Shown here piece by piece: positions 1-10,111 of a stretch of DNA of 64,000 nucleotides; position 1 is the first letter of the stretch, and each line of letters starts with the position of its first letter. Location: the NCBI GenBank assembly GCA_963789415.1, contig CAWBKQ010000005.1:2232472-2296471 (forward strand). Reading direction: 5' to 3'. This DNA is from an uncultured Acidobacteriaceae bacterium. Its GTDB lineage: Bacteria; Acidobacteriota; Terriglobia; Terriglobales; Acidobacteriaceae. The translations under genes and the position numbers were made by a program. The notes under the pieces are model-generated. The model worked only from the letters and a program-made list of their open reading frames with translations. It was not told where the DNA came from and made no database searches.

Positions 1-920
1 AACGGGTCGTTCGCGAAACAGACGCCTACCGAGTGGTTTTCAGCGAAGCCGATTTCATGCCCGGACTGATCGTCGACCGTTACAACGACATACTCTCGAT
101 TCAAGTTCTGACTCAGGCCATGGATTCGGAAATGGCGCGCGATACCGTGATCTCGGCATTGAGTGAGCAGCTGATGCCGAACGCTATCGTTGAACGCGTC
201 GATCCTCGAGTTCGTCAGCTCGAAGAATTGCCGGACCGTACTTCCGGACTATTGCAGGGCGGGAAGAAGTCGACCGTCTTTGCCATGAACCGAGTTCAAT
301 TTCATTTTGATGCGTTCGAGGGTCAAAAAACCGGGGCATTTCTCGATCAGCGCGAGAACTACGCGGCTGCCGCGCAGTACGCGCATGGCGTTGCCCTCGA
401 CGTATTTTGCTACCAGGGCGGGTTTGCCCTGCATCTGGCGCGGCGGTGCTCTCATGTAACCGGAGTCGATAGCTCGCGCCCGGCCCTCGAAGTAGCCGAC
501 CGGAATGCCTCGCTAAACGCGAACATGCTCGGCGGGAAAGAAATCGAGTGGATCGAAGCTAACGCCTTCGACATCCTCAAGGACTATTCCGCTTCCGGCC
601 AGCGCTACAATACCATCGTCCTCGATCCTCCAGCCTTCGCCAAAAGCAAGCGCGATTTGGGAACTGCGATGCGGGGCTACAAGGAACTAAATCTCCGCGC
701 CCTGAAGATGCTTCATCCGGGTGGCGTCCTGGTTACGTGCTCCTGCTCCTATCACGTCAGCCGCGCTGATTTCGTTGAAATGCTGTCCGACGCGGCGCGA
801 GACGCTCATCGGACCCTCCGGCTGCTCGAAGTTCGCGGACAGGCAAAAGACCATCCAATCTTGCTGAATGTGCCTGAAACAGCCTATCTACAGTGCGTTA
901 TAGCAATCGCAAACGGTTGA
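1..920 (+). CDS. class I SAM-dependent rRNA methyltransferase (RlmI-like), 5' end cut by window edge
   Basis: The frame is open from nt 3 to the stop at 918-920. SAM-MTase motifs are present (LDVFCYQGGFALHLA, IVLDPPAF, LVTCSCS), as in RlmI/YccW-type enzymes. Confidence 0.8.
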   Translation, partial: RVVRETDAYRVVFSEADFMPGLIVDRYNDILSIQVLTQAMDSEMARDTVISALSEQLMPNAIVERVDPRVRQLEELPDRTSGLLQGGKKSTVFAMNRVQFHFDAFEGQKTGAFLDQRENYAAAAQYAHGVALDVFCYQGGFALHLARRCSHVTGVDSSRPALEVADRNASLNANMLGGKEIEWIEANAFDILKDYSASGQRYNTIVLDPPAFAKSKRDLGTAMRGYKELNLRALKMLHPGGVLVTCSCSYHVSRADFVEMLSDAARDAHRTLRLLEVRGQAKDHPILLNVPETAYLQCVIAIANG

Positions 921-940
921 AGGTAAAGTACAAATCGTAC

Positions 941-969
941 TTGACAATGATACGCTCATATTTTATGCT
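941..969 (+). promoter_or_regulatory. sigma70-like promoter candidate for hsp20
   Basis: TTGACA at 941-946, a 17-nt spacer, then TATGCT at 964-969. This is about 105 nt upstream of the hsp20 ATG. Confidence 0.3.
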
Positions 970-1073
970 TCGTTCATACTAATTAGGCATCGAATGTAGT
1001 GAGTGAAGCTGATCAAGAGCAAGATCGGCTGCTCTCACTTCCAAGCCAAAGATTCCTTGAAGGAGGATTTACC

Positions 1074-1574
1074 ATGACAGTTCTTACCCGTTGGGAGCCG
1101 TTCCGCGAATTCACTACGCTGCAGGACCGTATGAACCGCCTGTTTCGTGAGACCTACAACGAAGGCCCGGATCAATCCCTTGCAACTTCGAGCTTTGCCC
1201 CGGCAGTCGATGTTTACGAAGACGAACACAACGTCGTCCTGAAGATCGAAGTGCCCGGCATCGACGAGAAAGACATTGATGTGCGCGTCGAGAATAACAC
1301 CCTGACCGTTCACGGCGAGCGCAAGATCGAGAAGGAAGAGAAAGAAGAAAACTATCGCCGTGTGGAGCGCCAGTACGGCAGCTTCACCCGCACCTTCACT
1401 CTGCCCCCAGCCGTGGATACCGAGCACGTTTCGGCAACCTACGATAAGGGTTTGTTGAACATCTCTCTCCCGAAAAAGGCTGAAGCTAAGCCGAAGCAGA
1501 TCAAGGTCAACGTCGGCAGCACGAAATCCGGCGAGAAGACCCTGGAAGCCAAAGGTCCCAGCAAAGCCGCATAA
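1074..1574 (+). CDS. Hsp20/alpha-crystallin family small heat-shock protein
   Basis: ATG at 1074 is preceded by GAAGGAGGA. An alpha-crystallin core is recognisable (PAVDVYEDEHNVVLKIEVPGI, GSFTRTFTLP). The ORF-track start at 999 is an upstream GTG without an RBS. Confidence 0.9.
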   Translation: MTVLTRWEPFREFTTLQDRMNRLFRETYNEGPDQSLATSSFAPAVDVYEDEHNVVLKIEVPGIDEKDIDVRVENNTLTVHGERKIEKEEKEENYRRVERQYGSFTRTFTLPPAVDTEHVSATYDKGLLNISLPKKAEAKPKQIKVNVGSTKSGEKTLEAKGPSKAA

Positions 1575-1645
1575 GATGACCGGCTCGTCCAGGAACAGCG
1601 CTCTAGACTGTCCGGTCGAGCACAGCTCGACAGGCTTCCATCAGC

Positions 1646-1680
1646 GGGAGGCGGCAAACTAAACCGCCTCCCTTAATTTT
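1646..1680 (+). terminator. rho-independent terminator after hsp20
   Basis: GGGAGGCGG (1646-1654) pairs with CCGCCTCCC (1664-1672) across a 9-nt loop. TTAATTTT follows. Confidence 0.7.
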
Positions 1681-1708
1681 GCAGTCTGGGAATTTTGTAA
1701 TCGAGTAA

Positions 1709-1740
1709 TTTGAAACCGCGGGCGACCAGCCACCCATCCA
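1709..1740 (+). promoter_or_regulatory. sigma32-like heat-shock promoter candidate for clpB
   Basis: TTTGAAA at 1709-1715 and CACCCATCC at 1731-1739 resemble CTTGAAA-N13-17-CCCCATNT. The spacer is at the long end of that range. Confidence 0.3.
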
Positions 1741-1784
1741 ATTACACAATTACTAAGTTTCTGAACTGCTGAATCGAGGTTCTT

Positions 1785-4424
1785 ATGCCCATCCGTTGGG
1801 ACAAATTCACAGTAAAAGCGCAGGCCGCCGTTCAACGTGCCACCGAACTCGCTTCCGAGCATGGCAATCCGGAGATGCAGCCGATTCATCTGCTAGCAGC
1901 TTTGCTTGAAGATAAAGAAGGGATAGTTCCTCCGGTGCTCGAAAAAATCGGCATCGGCCCACAAGCCGTTCTGAGCGAGATCTACCGCGAGATCGAAAAG
2001 TTGCCAAAAGTCTCTGGAGACGCGTCGCAGGCCGCGCTCTCGAGCAACGTCAACAAACTGCTCGAGCAGGCATTTAAAGAAGCTTCCAATTTTAAAGATG
2101 AATACGTATCGACGGAGCACCTTCTCCTCGCCATCACGCACCTCAAGCAGGATGCGGCGCAGCAGATTCTCGCCCGCCATGGCGCCACTTACGATGCGAT
2201 TCTGAAAGCGTTGACTTCCGTTCGTGGTTCACAAAAAGTGACGGACCAGAATCCCGAAGCCAAATACCAGGCGCTGGAACGATATGCTCGCGACCTCACC
2301 GAACAAGCGCGCCGAGGCAAGCTCGATCCGGTCATCGGACGCGACGAAGAAATTCGCCGCGTGGTTCAGGTTCTCTCGCGGCGCACAAAAAACAATCCCG
2401 TGCTCATCGGCGAACCCGGAGTCGGCAAAACCGCTATCGTCGAAGGCCTCGCCCAGCGCATCATCTCGGGCGACGTGCCGGAAGCACTCAAGAATAAGCG
2501 CGTGGTCGCGCTCGATCTCGGCTCGATGCTCGCCGGAGCCAAATATCGAGGCGAATTCGAAGACCGCCTCAAGGCCGTCCTAAAAGAGATTGAAGATTCA
2601 CAGGGTCAGATCGTTCTCTTCATCGACGAGTTGCACACCTTAGTCGGGGCTGGTGCCAGCGAAGGCGCGATTGACGCCTCCAACATGCTCAAACCGGCGC
2701 TGGCTCGCGGAGAACTGCGAGCAATCGGCGCCACCACGCTCAGTGAATATCGAAAGTACATCGAAAAAGATGCGGCCCTCGAGCGCCGCTTTCAGATCGT
2801 TTTCGTCGGCGAGCCGAACGTCGAAGACACCATCGCGATCCTCCGCGGCCTGAAAGAGCGCTACGAGGTCCATCATGGCGTGCGCATCAAAGATTCGGCC
2901 ATTGTCGCCGCAGCCACGCTTTCTCACAGGTATATTTCAGATCGCTTTCTGCCTGACAAGGCCATCGACCTCATCGACGAAGCGGCCGCCTCGATTCGCA
3001 TTCAAATCGATTCGCTCCCGACCGACATCGATCAGCTCGAACGCCGCGCCACACAGCTCGAAATCGAAAAGCAGGCCCTGAAGAAAGAGGATGACCCGAA
3101 CTCCAGAGAGCGCCTCGCCCTCATCGACCGCGAGCTCGCGGAGATTCGTGAAAAATCCAACACGCTGAAGGCGAACTGGAAAAAGGAAAAAGAATTGATC
3201 GCCCGCATTCGCGAGCTGAAAGAAAGAATTGAGAAGCTGAAAATCGAAGAGCAGGCGGAGGAGCGTAAGGGCAATCTGCAGCGTGTCGCCGAGATTCGCT
3301 ACAGCCTCATTCGTCAGGCCGAAGCCGATCTGGCCAAACTTACCGCCCAAATGGAGAGCCAGGGCAAGACTCGCATGCTTAAAGAGGAAGTCGACGAAGA
3401 GGACATCGCGCGGATCGTATCCAAGTGGACCGGCATTCCTGTGTCAAAGATGCTCGAAGGCGAAGTCAAGAAGCTGGTCACTATGGAAGATCGGCTGCGA
3501 CAACGTGTGGTCGGCCAGGACGAGGCTCTGGAACGCGTTGCCAATGCCATTCGGCGCTCCCGTGCCGGACTGAGCGATCCCAAACGCCCAATCGGTTCAT
3601 TCATTTTTCTCGGGCCGACCGGCGTCGGCAAAACCGAGCTTGCACGAGCGCTCGCCGAATTCCTATTCGACGACGAGCGCGCTCTGCTGCGCATCGACAT
3701 GTCCGAATACATGGAGAAGCACTCGGTTGCTCGGCTGATCGGCGCACCTCCAGGATACGTCGGTTACGAAGAAGGTGGGCAGCTCACCGAGCAGGTACGC
3801 CGCCGCCCTTACGCAGTCGTGCTCTTTGACGAAATCGAGAAGGCGCATCCCGATGTGTTCAACATTCTGTTGCAGATCATGGATGATGGCCGCCTCACTG
3901 ACGGCAAAGGCCGCGCCGTCGACTTCAAGAACACGATCATTATCATGACCTCGAACCTGGGCTCGAGCTATCTGCAAGCGGAAAACCTGCGTACGCCGGA
4001 AGATTTCGAGAAGGCGGCGGAGCAGGTTACCGAGACGCTGCACGGCCACTTCAGACCAGAGTTCCTGAACCGCGTCGACGACATCATTATCTTCCGTCCG
4101 CTGGGCAAAGAACAGCTGGTCAAGATCATCGAACTGCGGCTCGAAGACGTCCGGCGGCTGCTCGCCGACCGCAAGATTTCGATCGAACTGACCGACGCTG
4201 CGAAAGATCTGTTGTTCGCTCAAGGCTACGACCCTAACTTCGGTGCGCGTCCGCTGAAGCGCGCTGTTCAAAAGCTGATCCAGGATTCGCTAGCCTTGAA
4301 GATTCTGGATGGGGAAATCCTGCATGGCGACCACGTGGTGCTGGATGCCGACAGGAAAGCTGGCAAGATGAAATTCGAAGTCAGCAAACGCGTGGGCGAA
4401 AAGCAACCGGTAAAGAAGGGTTAA
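1785..4424 (+). CDS. clpB: ATP-dependent chaperone ClpB
   Basis: 879 aa. It has a Clp N-domain, two AAA+ modules ([16 protein letters not shown]) and a long coiled-coil M-domain between them. Confidence 0.97.
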   Translation: MPIRWDKFTVKAQAAVQRATELASEHGNPEMQPIHLLAALLEDKEGIVPPVLEKIGIGPQAVLSEIYREIEKLPKVSGDASQAALSSNVNKLLEQAFKEASNFKDEYVSTEHLLLAITHLKQDAAQQILARHGATYDAILKALTSVRGSQKVTDQNPEAKYQALERYARDLTEQARRGKLDPVIGRDEEIRRVVQVLSRRTKNNPVLIGEPGVGKTAIVEGLAQRIISGDVPEALKNKRVVALDLGSMLAGAKYRGEFEDRLKAVLKEIEDSQGQIVLFIDELHTLVGAGASEGAIDASNMLKPALARGELRAIGATTLSEYRKYIEKDAALERRFQIVFVGEPNVEDTIAILRGLKERYEVHHGVRIKDSAIVAAATLSHRYISDRFLPDKAIDLIDEAAASIRIQIDSLPTDIDQLERRATQLEIEKQALKKEDDPNSRERLALIDRELAEIREKSNTLKANWKKEKELIARIRELKERIEKLKIEEQAEERKGNLQRVAEIRYSLIRQAEADLAKLTAQMESQGKTRMLKEEVDEEDIARIVSKWTGIPVSKMLEGEVKKLVTMEDRLRQRVVGQDEALERVANAIRRSRAGLSDPKRPIGSFIFLGPTGVGKTELARALAEFLFDDERALLRIDMSEYMEKHSVARLIGAPPGYVGYEEGGQLTEQVRRRPYAVVLFDEIEKAHPDVFNILLQIMDDGRLTDGKGRAVDFKNTIIIMTSNLGSSYLQAENLRTPEDFEKAAEQVTETLHGHFRPEFLNRVDDIIIFRPLGKEQLVKIIELRLEDVRRLLADRKISIELTDAAKDLLFAQGYDPNFGARPLKRAVQKLIQDSLALKILDGEILHGDHVVLDADRKAGKMKFEVSKRVGEKQPVKKG

Positions 4425-4430
4425 ATGCAA

Positions 4431-4500
4431 GCCACGGATCTCGCGGACTAAGATTTTCTGGTCTGACTTGATCGCGGTTGGATCGGTGAAAATCTGCGGC
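4431..4500 (-). repeat. about 70-nt intergenic element with GCCAC(C/G)GAT-type termini (family 3, inverted copy)
   Basis: The reverse complement shares the ordered blocks GATTTTSACCGATC, GATCAAG and AGATCCGTGGC with 12863-12940. It starts 7 nt after the clpB stop. Confidence 0.55.
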
Positions 4501-4576
4501 AACGTTTCGCCGTGAATCCACTCCTGCTGGCCGCATTTGAACTCTTCGCTTCCCGCTCGTATACTTACAGCCCGCT

Positions 4577-5320
4577 ATGAAGGTTGTTGTAATTATTCCT
4601 GCAGCCGGGCTTGGCACTCGTATGGCGCCCGTGGCCTCTGGCGTAAAGGGCAAACAAACCGCCACTGCACGGTCAAAGCAATTCACTCAACTGGGCGGTA
4701 TCCCGATCCTTATCCACACGCTTCGTAAGATTGCCGCAGTAGACTCGGTTAGGGAAATCTGGATCGCGCTGCGGGAAAACGAAATTTCCAGCTTTCGCTC
4801 ACAAGTGGAAAACGAAGCCCCCGACGTAGCCAAGAAGAACGTCAACTTTGTGGTCGGCGGTGAACACCGGCAGCAATCGGTAGAGAGTGCGCTTAAGGCA
4901 ATCTCTGCGGCGCCGAATGACATCGTTCTCGTCCACGATGCCGTGCGCCCGTTCGTTACGGCTGAGATTATTCAAGAAGTGATCGAAGCGGCGCAGAAAT
5001 ATGGCGCGGCAATCGCGGGGCTTCCCGCTGTCGATACGGTCAAGCAAGTCGAGCGCACGGCTGAGGGCGCGTTGATCAAAGCCACAATCCCCCGGGCAAG
5101 TATCGTGATGGCGCAGACGCCGCAGGGTTTTCGCTACAGTGTGATCAAGAAGGCGTTTGATGAAGCCTCCGCCGACGGATTTCTGGGCACGGATGAATCT
5201 TCTCTGGTCGAACGCTCAGGACACGAAGTCGCTGTAGTGATGGGATCGCAGAAAAACATCAAGATCACCGCGCCGGCGGACATGGAGCTCGCCGAGTTTT
5301 ACTTGAAGACTGCCGGCTGA
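4577..5320 (+). CDS. ispD: 2-C-methyl-D-erythritol 4-phosphate cytidylyltransferase
   Basis: N-terminal VVIIPAAGLGTRM motif and a VLVHDAVRPF motif. It lies directly upstream of ispF. Confidence 0.93.
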   Translation: MKVVVIIPAAGLGTRMAPVASGVKGKQTATARSKQFTQLGGIPILIHTLRKIAAVDSVREIWIALRENEISSFRSQVENEAPDVAKKNVNFVVGGEHRQQSVESALKAISAAPNDIVLVHDAVRPFVTAEIIQEVIEAAQKYGAAIAGLPAVDTVKQVERTAEGALIKATIPRASIVMAQTPQGFRYSVIKKAFDEASADGFLGTDESSLVERSGHEVAVVMGSQKNIKITAPADMELAEFYLKTAG

Positions 5321-5330
5321 GTGACTCGAT

Positions 5331-5888
5331 ATGCCTGAGACCAAGAACCCCCAACCGCCAACTCGGATCGGCTACGGCTTCGATTCCCACGAATTTCGCG
5401 ACGGCATCCCGCTGAAAGTTGGCGGCGCCAGTCTGCCGCACACAAAAGGCCTGGGCGGCCATTCCGATGGCGACGTGCTGCTGCACGCCATCACAGACGC
5501 GCTACTTGGGGCTATCGCCGCGCCCGACATCGGCGCACTTTTCCCGCCTTCCGACCCAACGTGGAAGGGTGTGGACTCCGTTGTCTTTCTGCGAGAGGCG
5601 TTGAAGCGTGTGCATCTTTCGGGATACACCGTTGGCAACGTCGATGCCAGCCTGATTCTTGCCGCTCCCAAGATCGGACCTCACGCCGCGGTGATTCGAA
5701 ATCGAGTTGCCGAGTTACTGGCCGTAAACCCCGATTGCATTGGATTGAAAGCGAAGACTCCGGAAGGTCTGAATCTGGAAAACACGGCCGTCGCGCACGT
5801 AGTTGTCCTGCTCCAGAAAGGGACTCCTCCCAAGAAAACACGGAGCAAAAGCAGGAAGAGGATTAAGCGGAAGCCAGCGCCCCGCTGA
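5331..5888 (+). CDS. ispF: 2-C-methyl-D-erythritol 2,4-cyclodiphosphate synthase with a Lys/Arg-rich C-terminal tail
   Basis: RIGYGFDSHEF and GHSDGDVLLHAITDALLGA motifs. The last ~25 aa (PPKKTRSKSRKRIKRKPAPR) are an extra basic tail. Confidence 0.93.
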   Translation: MPETKNPQPPTRIGYGFDSHEFRDGIPLKVGGASLPHTKGLGGHSDGDVLLHAITDALLGAIAAPDIGALFPPSDPTWKGVDSVVFLREALKRVHLSGYTVGNVDASLILAAPKIGPHAAVIRNRVAELLAVNPDCIGLKAKTPEGLNLENTAVAHVVVLLQKGTPPKKTRSKSRKRIKRKPAPR

Positions 5889-5889
5889 G

Positions 5890-6654
5890 CTATTTCAAGT
5901 GAGCTTCCGCCGCCCTCACCGCCGAACGAAATATGGCCCGCGATGCTTCATCCTGATCAACTGAGCGCTCCGGATGCCACTGCACTGCTAATACGAAATG
6001 CGCTGGATCGGTTCCCTCCAGAGCTTCGACGATGGAGTCATCCGTGCATCGCCCCACAATGCGAAGTTCGGCACCGGCCATTTGCGCCGACTGATGATGC
6101 GATGAGTTCACTGGAATGACGAGTTTTTTTTCAACCGTATCCGAATCCCCGTGGTTGCCCACAATGCGTGCCAGACTGGAATCTTCGTCGATCTCAACTC
6201 TGTGCGCCACTGCGACTTTCTTTCCAGCCTCGTGATTGACTCGATGGCGCAATTCGTCCGGCAGAAAATCCGGGATGTGCTGAATCAACGAGCCCCCGCG
6301 GAAGACGTTAAGGCTCTGCAGACCGTAGCAAATCCCAAGGATCGGCTTGCCCGAAGCGTAAGCGTCCTCGAGTAATAGTTCGTCGATCACTTCGCGGAGC
6401 GGATCCGCGGGCGCCGTGTGGGAAGAACGCTCAGCTTTGAATTTTCCAGGCTCGACATCCGCGTTGCTCCCCGGCAGAAGAACTCCTGCACAGCCCGCGA
6501 TAATCGCTTTCACTCTGTCGATCGTTTCATCAAGCTGAATGCGCACCGGCTCCCCGCCCGCGAGTTCCACCGCGCGCTCGTAGGGCGGAATCGCTCTTTC
6601 GGAGTATTCGCGGTCAATCGAATGCGGCATTGGGATGGCGATGCGGGGCCGCAT
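5890..6654 (-). CDS. class I glutamine amidotransferase, peptidase C26 / gamma-glutamyl-GABA hydrolase-like
   Basis: Nucleophile elbow GICYGLQ and a WHPE motif near the C-terminus (VQWHPERS). Confidence 0.8.
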   Translation of the reverse strand: MRPRIAIPMPHSIDREYSERAIPPYERAVELAGGEPVRIQLDETIDRVKAIIAGCAGVLLPGSNADVEPGKFKAERSSHTAPADPLREVIDELLLEDAYASGKPILGICYGLQSLNVFRGGSLIQHIPDFLPDELRHRVNHEAGKKVAVAHRVEIDEDSSLARIVGNHGDSDTVEKKLVIPVNSSHHQSAQMAGAELRIVGRCTDDSIVEALEGTDPAHFVLAVQWHPERSVDQDEASRAIFRSAVRAAEAHLK

Positions 6655-6655
6655 A

Positions 6656-6976
6656 TCAGTGCTGGATTTGCAGCGGCCGCTCGCCGCTGGCCCTCGCGAT
6701 CGCCGCTAGCGTCTTCGACTGGCGATAGTGGTGGATTTCGATCACCAGAGCAAGGACAAAAACGACACCGCCCGCCACCAAAGCGGACGGAAGCGCGATG
6801 TTACGGTAAGCAATCGTCATATCCGGATTGACGTGGCGATGGGTTGCGAGCGCAACTGTCACGACGATACCCAAAAGAAGGCTGACGGCGAAAGCGAGCA
6901 AAGTGCAGATAAAAGTCACAAGCGCCACGCGAACTGGAATCGTATACCAGCGCGGCGAACGTGACTTGGAAGGCAT
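6656..6976 (-). CDS. small membrane protein (two predicted TM helices), unknown function
   Basis: 106-aa ORF with two hydrophobic stretches. Its stop codon (6656-6658) lies 1 nt upstream of the amidotransferase start at 6654, which suggests co-transcription. Confidence 0.5.
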   Translation of the reverse strand: MPSKSRSPRWYTIPVRVALVTFICTLLAFAVSLLLGIVVTVALATHRHVNPDMTIAYRNIALPSALVAGGVVFVLALVIEIHHYRQSKTLAAIARASGERPLQIQH

Positions 6977-7029
6977 GCTTCTAGGCTACACCACATGCGC
7001 TGTCCCAGCTGGAGGTTTAGGGTCCGCAA

Positions 7030-7830
7030 ATGGCTTCGCAGGCGGTCCACGCGCCAGCATTGACAAACCCGGTAGTGTATAAAAGAGCAAGGATGTCGCA
7101 GGCAGCCTCAGTAATTACGCGGAGCCCCGCCGATGTGGTGCGGATGACGCCAGTTTCCCAGGCGGCGAACGGCGTGTGTTATGCCTCGTCCGGCGAGAAC
7201 TCGGTTGGTGCGCTCGATATGGAACGCATGATCGCAGCCGTGCCTTCAAAAATTGCTTCTGCGCTTAAGCGTAAGGCTTATTATTTTGTGCCGCTTACCG
7301 TCAGCCAGGGCGAAGAGATCCTGATCGCCGATCGCTACGACGTCGCGCTTAGCGACAACGCGGTTTGCCACCGCAATCTCAATCTCGGCGATTCGCAATG
7401 TGTTTTTATTTCCACTCGGCTTACGGATGACAAGTTTTCCGTGGCTTTCGAGTTCTACATCAACGTGGGTCATGCGCTGGTCGAAATTGCCGGAGTTTCA
7501 GACGAATTCAGCAATCTGGCCTGGAAGCAGGTAGAAGCCGGCATTCGCGGGGAGACTTCGCTCGACGCCTGGGAGGCGCGGAAGCTCGCCACAACAACCG
7601 GCCCCGAGGCGGAGAAATACAAGAACGAATACTTCGAGGCCACCTTCGCCGACACGATCTCGATTTACCTTTTATCGCTGTTTCTGGACGTGGATTACTA
7701 CGATTTGCGCGAGCGGGATTATCCGCTGCTGGCGCCTTCGGCGCTGGCTGAGCGCTTGAGGAAAGTGGCGGAATTGTTCCCGGCGAATGCAGGGTTTGAG
7801 TTTGCCGCACTGTACAAGCGGCGAGGGTAG
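7030..7830 (+). CDS. hypothetical protein (start uncertain)
   Basis: 266-aa ORF with a protein-like composition and no motif I recognise. In-frame Met codons at about 7093 and about 7216 are alternative starts. Confidence 0.5.
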   Translation: MASQAVHAPALTNPVVYKRARMSQAASVITRSPADVVRMTPVSQAANGVCYASSGENSVGALDMERMIAAVPSKIASALKRKAYYFVPLTVSQGEEILIADRYDVALSDNAVCHRNLNLGDSQCVFISTRLTDDKFSVAFEFYINVGHALVEIAGVSDEFSNLAWKQVEAGIRGETSLDAWEARKLATTTGPEAEKYKNEYFEATFADTISIYLLSLFLDVDYYDLRERDYPLLAPSALAERLRKVAELFPANAGFEFAALYKRRG

Positions 7831-7897
7831 CGCGCAACTGTCCCACTCAGTTACCGGGATTTGCGCAGGCCGATTCCCGTTGGAGTCCCAAGAAAAT

Positions 7898-7921
7898 GAA
7901 GCCGGAGGATCCTCCGGCTTC
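7898..7921. terminator. bidirectional hairpin between convergent genes
   Basis: Perfect 24-nt palindrome GAAGCCGGAGGA/TCCTCCGGCTTC with A/T-rich flanks on both sides. Confidence 0.6.
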
Positions 7922-7968
7922 TTAGATGCTGCCGATTCTTCGTGGACAAGAGCGTCCACCTTACACGA

Positions 7969-8781
7969 TTACTTATTACCGATCACGAAATTCACCGTGC
8001 TGGGCTGGTTGGGGTTGACCGTGACCGACTTCTCCCAGGTCTTCGGTTCGGTGAAGATCGGCCGCTGCACAGTCCGTTCCGTCAGAACGTCGTAAGCCTG
8101 TTCCTTACCGGCCAGTCCCCAGCCTTCGTGCCAGGCGACAATCTGATATGTGCCCGGTGGAACACTGGTGAATTCGAAGCGCCCACTTTCATCCGTAACT
8201 GCGTAGTACGGGTGCGGCACAACCATCATCTCGGCATTCATCCAAACATGCCCGCCGTTACAGCGAAGGTTGACCAATCCAGGCGTTGACATGGTTCGGG
8301 AACTGACCTGGTTGGTGAAGGGAAATGGTAGGTTAAAGCTGGCCGCTCCATCCATGTGGATGGTGTGCAGCGTTGCGTCAGAACTTTTCATCTGCAGGTC
8401 GGCATTCGCCGGCACCAGAAGAATATGCGGAATATAACGGCAATGGTGCTGGTCTAAATGACGGCGCTGCTCGGGCAAATCCATAGCCTTGCCGGCAGAA
8501 ATGTTCTTGAGGTAAACGATGGTGTTGGCGACGCCTCCCTCCGGCCCGACGATCAGGCGTTCCAGGCTCGCGGTTTTCTTACCATCGGTTTCACAGATCT
8601 GAGGATCTTTAGTTACCGGATACTCCAGTTCGTGAGGCGCCGGGCCAGACCATTTCACCGTCCCAGAGATCGTTCCGCCATCGCTAACGGAGATGACTCG
8701 ATAGTCAGATTGCGCGGTGGCGAAGATTGCGGCCGCGAAAAAGCATAACAACAAAGAACAGCGATAAATCAAAGTCCGCAT
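7969..8781 (-). CDS. secreted protein with a carboxypeptidase-regulatory-like C-terminal domain and a possible cupredoxin-like copper site
   Basis: Signal-peptide-like start MRTLIYRCSLLLCFFAAAIFATAQS. C-terminal FEFTSVPPGTYQIVAWHEGWG motif. Central LHTIHM ... CNGGHVWM gives a His...Cys-x3-His-x2-Met pattern. Confidence 0.7.
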   Translation of the reverse strand: MRTLIYRCSLLLCFFAAAIFATAQSDYRVISVSDGGTISGTVKWSGPAPHELEYPVTKDPQICETDGKKTASLERLIVGPEGGVANTIVYLKNISAGKAMDLPEQRRHLDQHHCRYIPHILLVPANADLQMKSSDATLHTIHMDGAASFNLPFPFTNQVSSRTMSTPGLVNLRCNGGHVWMNAEMMVVPHPYYAVTDESGRFEFTSVPPGTYQIVAWHEGWGLAGKEQAYDVLTERTVQRPIFTEPKTWEKSVTVNPNQPSTVNFVIGNK

Positions 8782-8983
8782 ACAAACACCCCTGAAAGCC
8801 CGCCGCCCGTACACGCGCTAGCCCCGGTCGACGTGGAACGCGGGCTGAAATTTGGGTCGATCTCCGCAAGCAACGTCTTACACCCTTGCGGGTCAGCACT
8901 GACAGGGTCCCTGTTGCGAGCAGGGCAGTACTCGTTTCCTACGGTCTTGCTTGGTTCCGATTGGGAGGACCGTTGCCGGTTCG

Positions 8984-8999
8984 TGTGATCAGAATCACA
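8984..8999. promoter_or_regulatory. CRP/FNR-family-type palindrome TGTGA-N6-TCACA
   Basis: Perfect TGTGATCAGAATCACA in the 365-nt divergent spacer. It is about 200 nt upstream of the 8781 start and about 150 nt upstream of ispE. Confidence 0.35.
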
Positions 9000-9146
9000 A
9001 ATTAGACTGCGTTAATAAGAGGTCATAGTCGAGATTACCGAAGTGGTGTGTCGAGTGGGGGAGCCGTGCCACTCCGCGCAATTCGCCATTAGCTCCCCCC
9101 CGAGAAACTGTCGTCGATTTCCCGGAGGCTTTACAATCATCCTCCC

Positions 9147-10091
9147 ATGCCAGTGAGAGTGCGATCATTCGCAAAAATCAATATTGGGCTGACGATCGGC
9201 GCCCGCCGTGAAGATAGGTTTCATAAACTCCTGACGGTTTACCAGACATTGAAGCTGCACGACGTCATTCGGGTCACCGTGGCTCGCGGCAGCGGAATCG
9301 AGATTCGTTGCGAAGATCACCGCGTGCCAAAAGATGAATCGAACACCTGCTATCGCATCGTGGAGAAGGCAATGCAGGCGCTCAAGACCAAGGGGCGGGT
9401 TCTCATCGAAATTGAGAAACACTTGCCAGTGCAGGGCGGCCTGGGTGGCGCTTCGTCGAACGCGGTCGCGACTTTGATGGCTCTTGAACAGGCTCTGAAA
9501 AAATCTTTGATTCCGGCGCAACGGTTGCAAATCGCCGCGGAAGTCGGCTCCGATCTGCCATTGTTTCTGGTCGGAGGAACTGTTCTGGGTGTGAGTCGCG
9601 GCCAGCGGGTTTATCCACTCGCGGATTTGCCTCCGATGGCCTGCGTCATCGTAACTTCCGACGTTGGAGTTTCAACCCCCAAGGCATTTGCCGCATGGGA
9701 CCGAAAATTGACCGCACCGAATTCATCCGATAGAATGGGTGAGCTTGGCCTGCGGTTATCGGCATGGTTAAGCGAGAGTTACTCCGGTGCTCCTTTTAGA
9801 AGGGGCCGGCGCGAGAATCCACTTCTCGAGCTTGTCCGGGCCGGGATCAAGAACGACTTCGAAGAAGTCGTCTTTCCTGAGTACCCCGAACTGTGTGAAG
9901 CAAAGAAGGAGTTGGAGCGTGCGGGCGCGAAGTATGCGTCGCTCTCCGGCTCTGGCTCGACGGTATACGGGCTGTTCGCCTCGCCTGACGAGGCGAGACT
10001 AGCCGCTCAGAGGCTGCGAAAACGGCGATGGGCTGCGCAAGCGACAAAGACGCTCACGCGGCGCGAGTACTGGACGAAACTTTGGGTGTAG
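9147..10091 (+). CDS. ispE: 4-diphosphocytidyl-2-C-methyl-D-erythritol kinase
   Basis: AKINIGLTIG and GHMP-kinase PVQGGLGGASSNA motifs. It sits in the conserved ispE-tRNA-Gln-prs-rplY-pth neighbourhood. Confidence 0.92.
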   Translation: MPVRVRSFAKINIGLTIGARREDRFHKLLTVYQTLKLHDVIRVTVARGSGIEIRCEDHRVPKDESNTCYRIVEKAMQALKTKGRVLIEIEKHLPVQGGLGGASSNAVATLMALEQALKKSLIPAQRLQIAAEVGSDLPLFLVGGTVLGVSRGQRVYPLADLPPMACVIVTSDVGVSTPKAFAAWDRKLTAPNSSDRMGELGLRLSAWLSESYSGAPFRRGRRENPLLELVRAGIKNDFEEVVFPEYPELCEAKKELERAGAKYASLSGSGSTVYGLFASPDEARLAAQRLRKRRWAAQATKTLTRREYWTKLWV

Positions 10092-10111
10092 CGGCGGCAT
10101 AGCGAATTTTT

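Noticed and set aside
976-1073. A ROSE-type RNA thermometer in the hsp20 5' UTR.
   Set aside because: I could not find the U(U/C)GCU-type strand that pairs with the Shine-Dalgarno sequence. Only 3-bp local complementarity exists around GAAGGAGGA.
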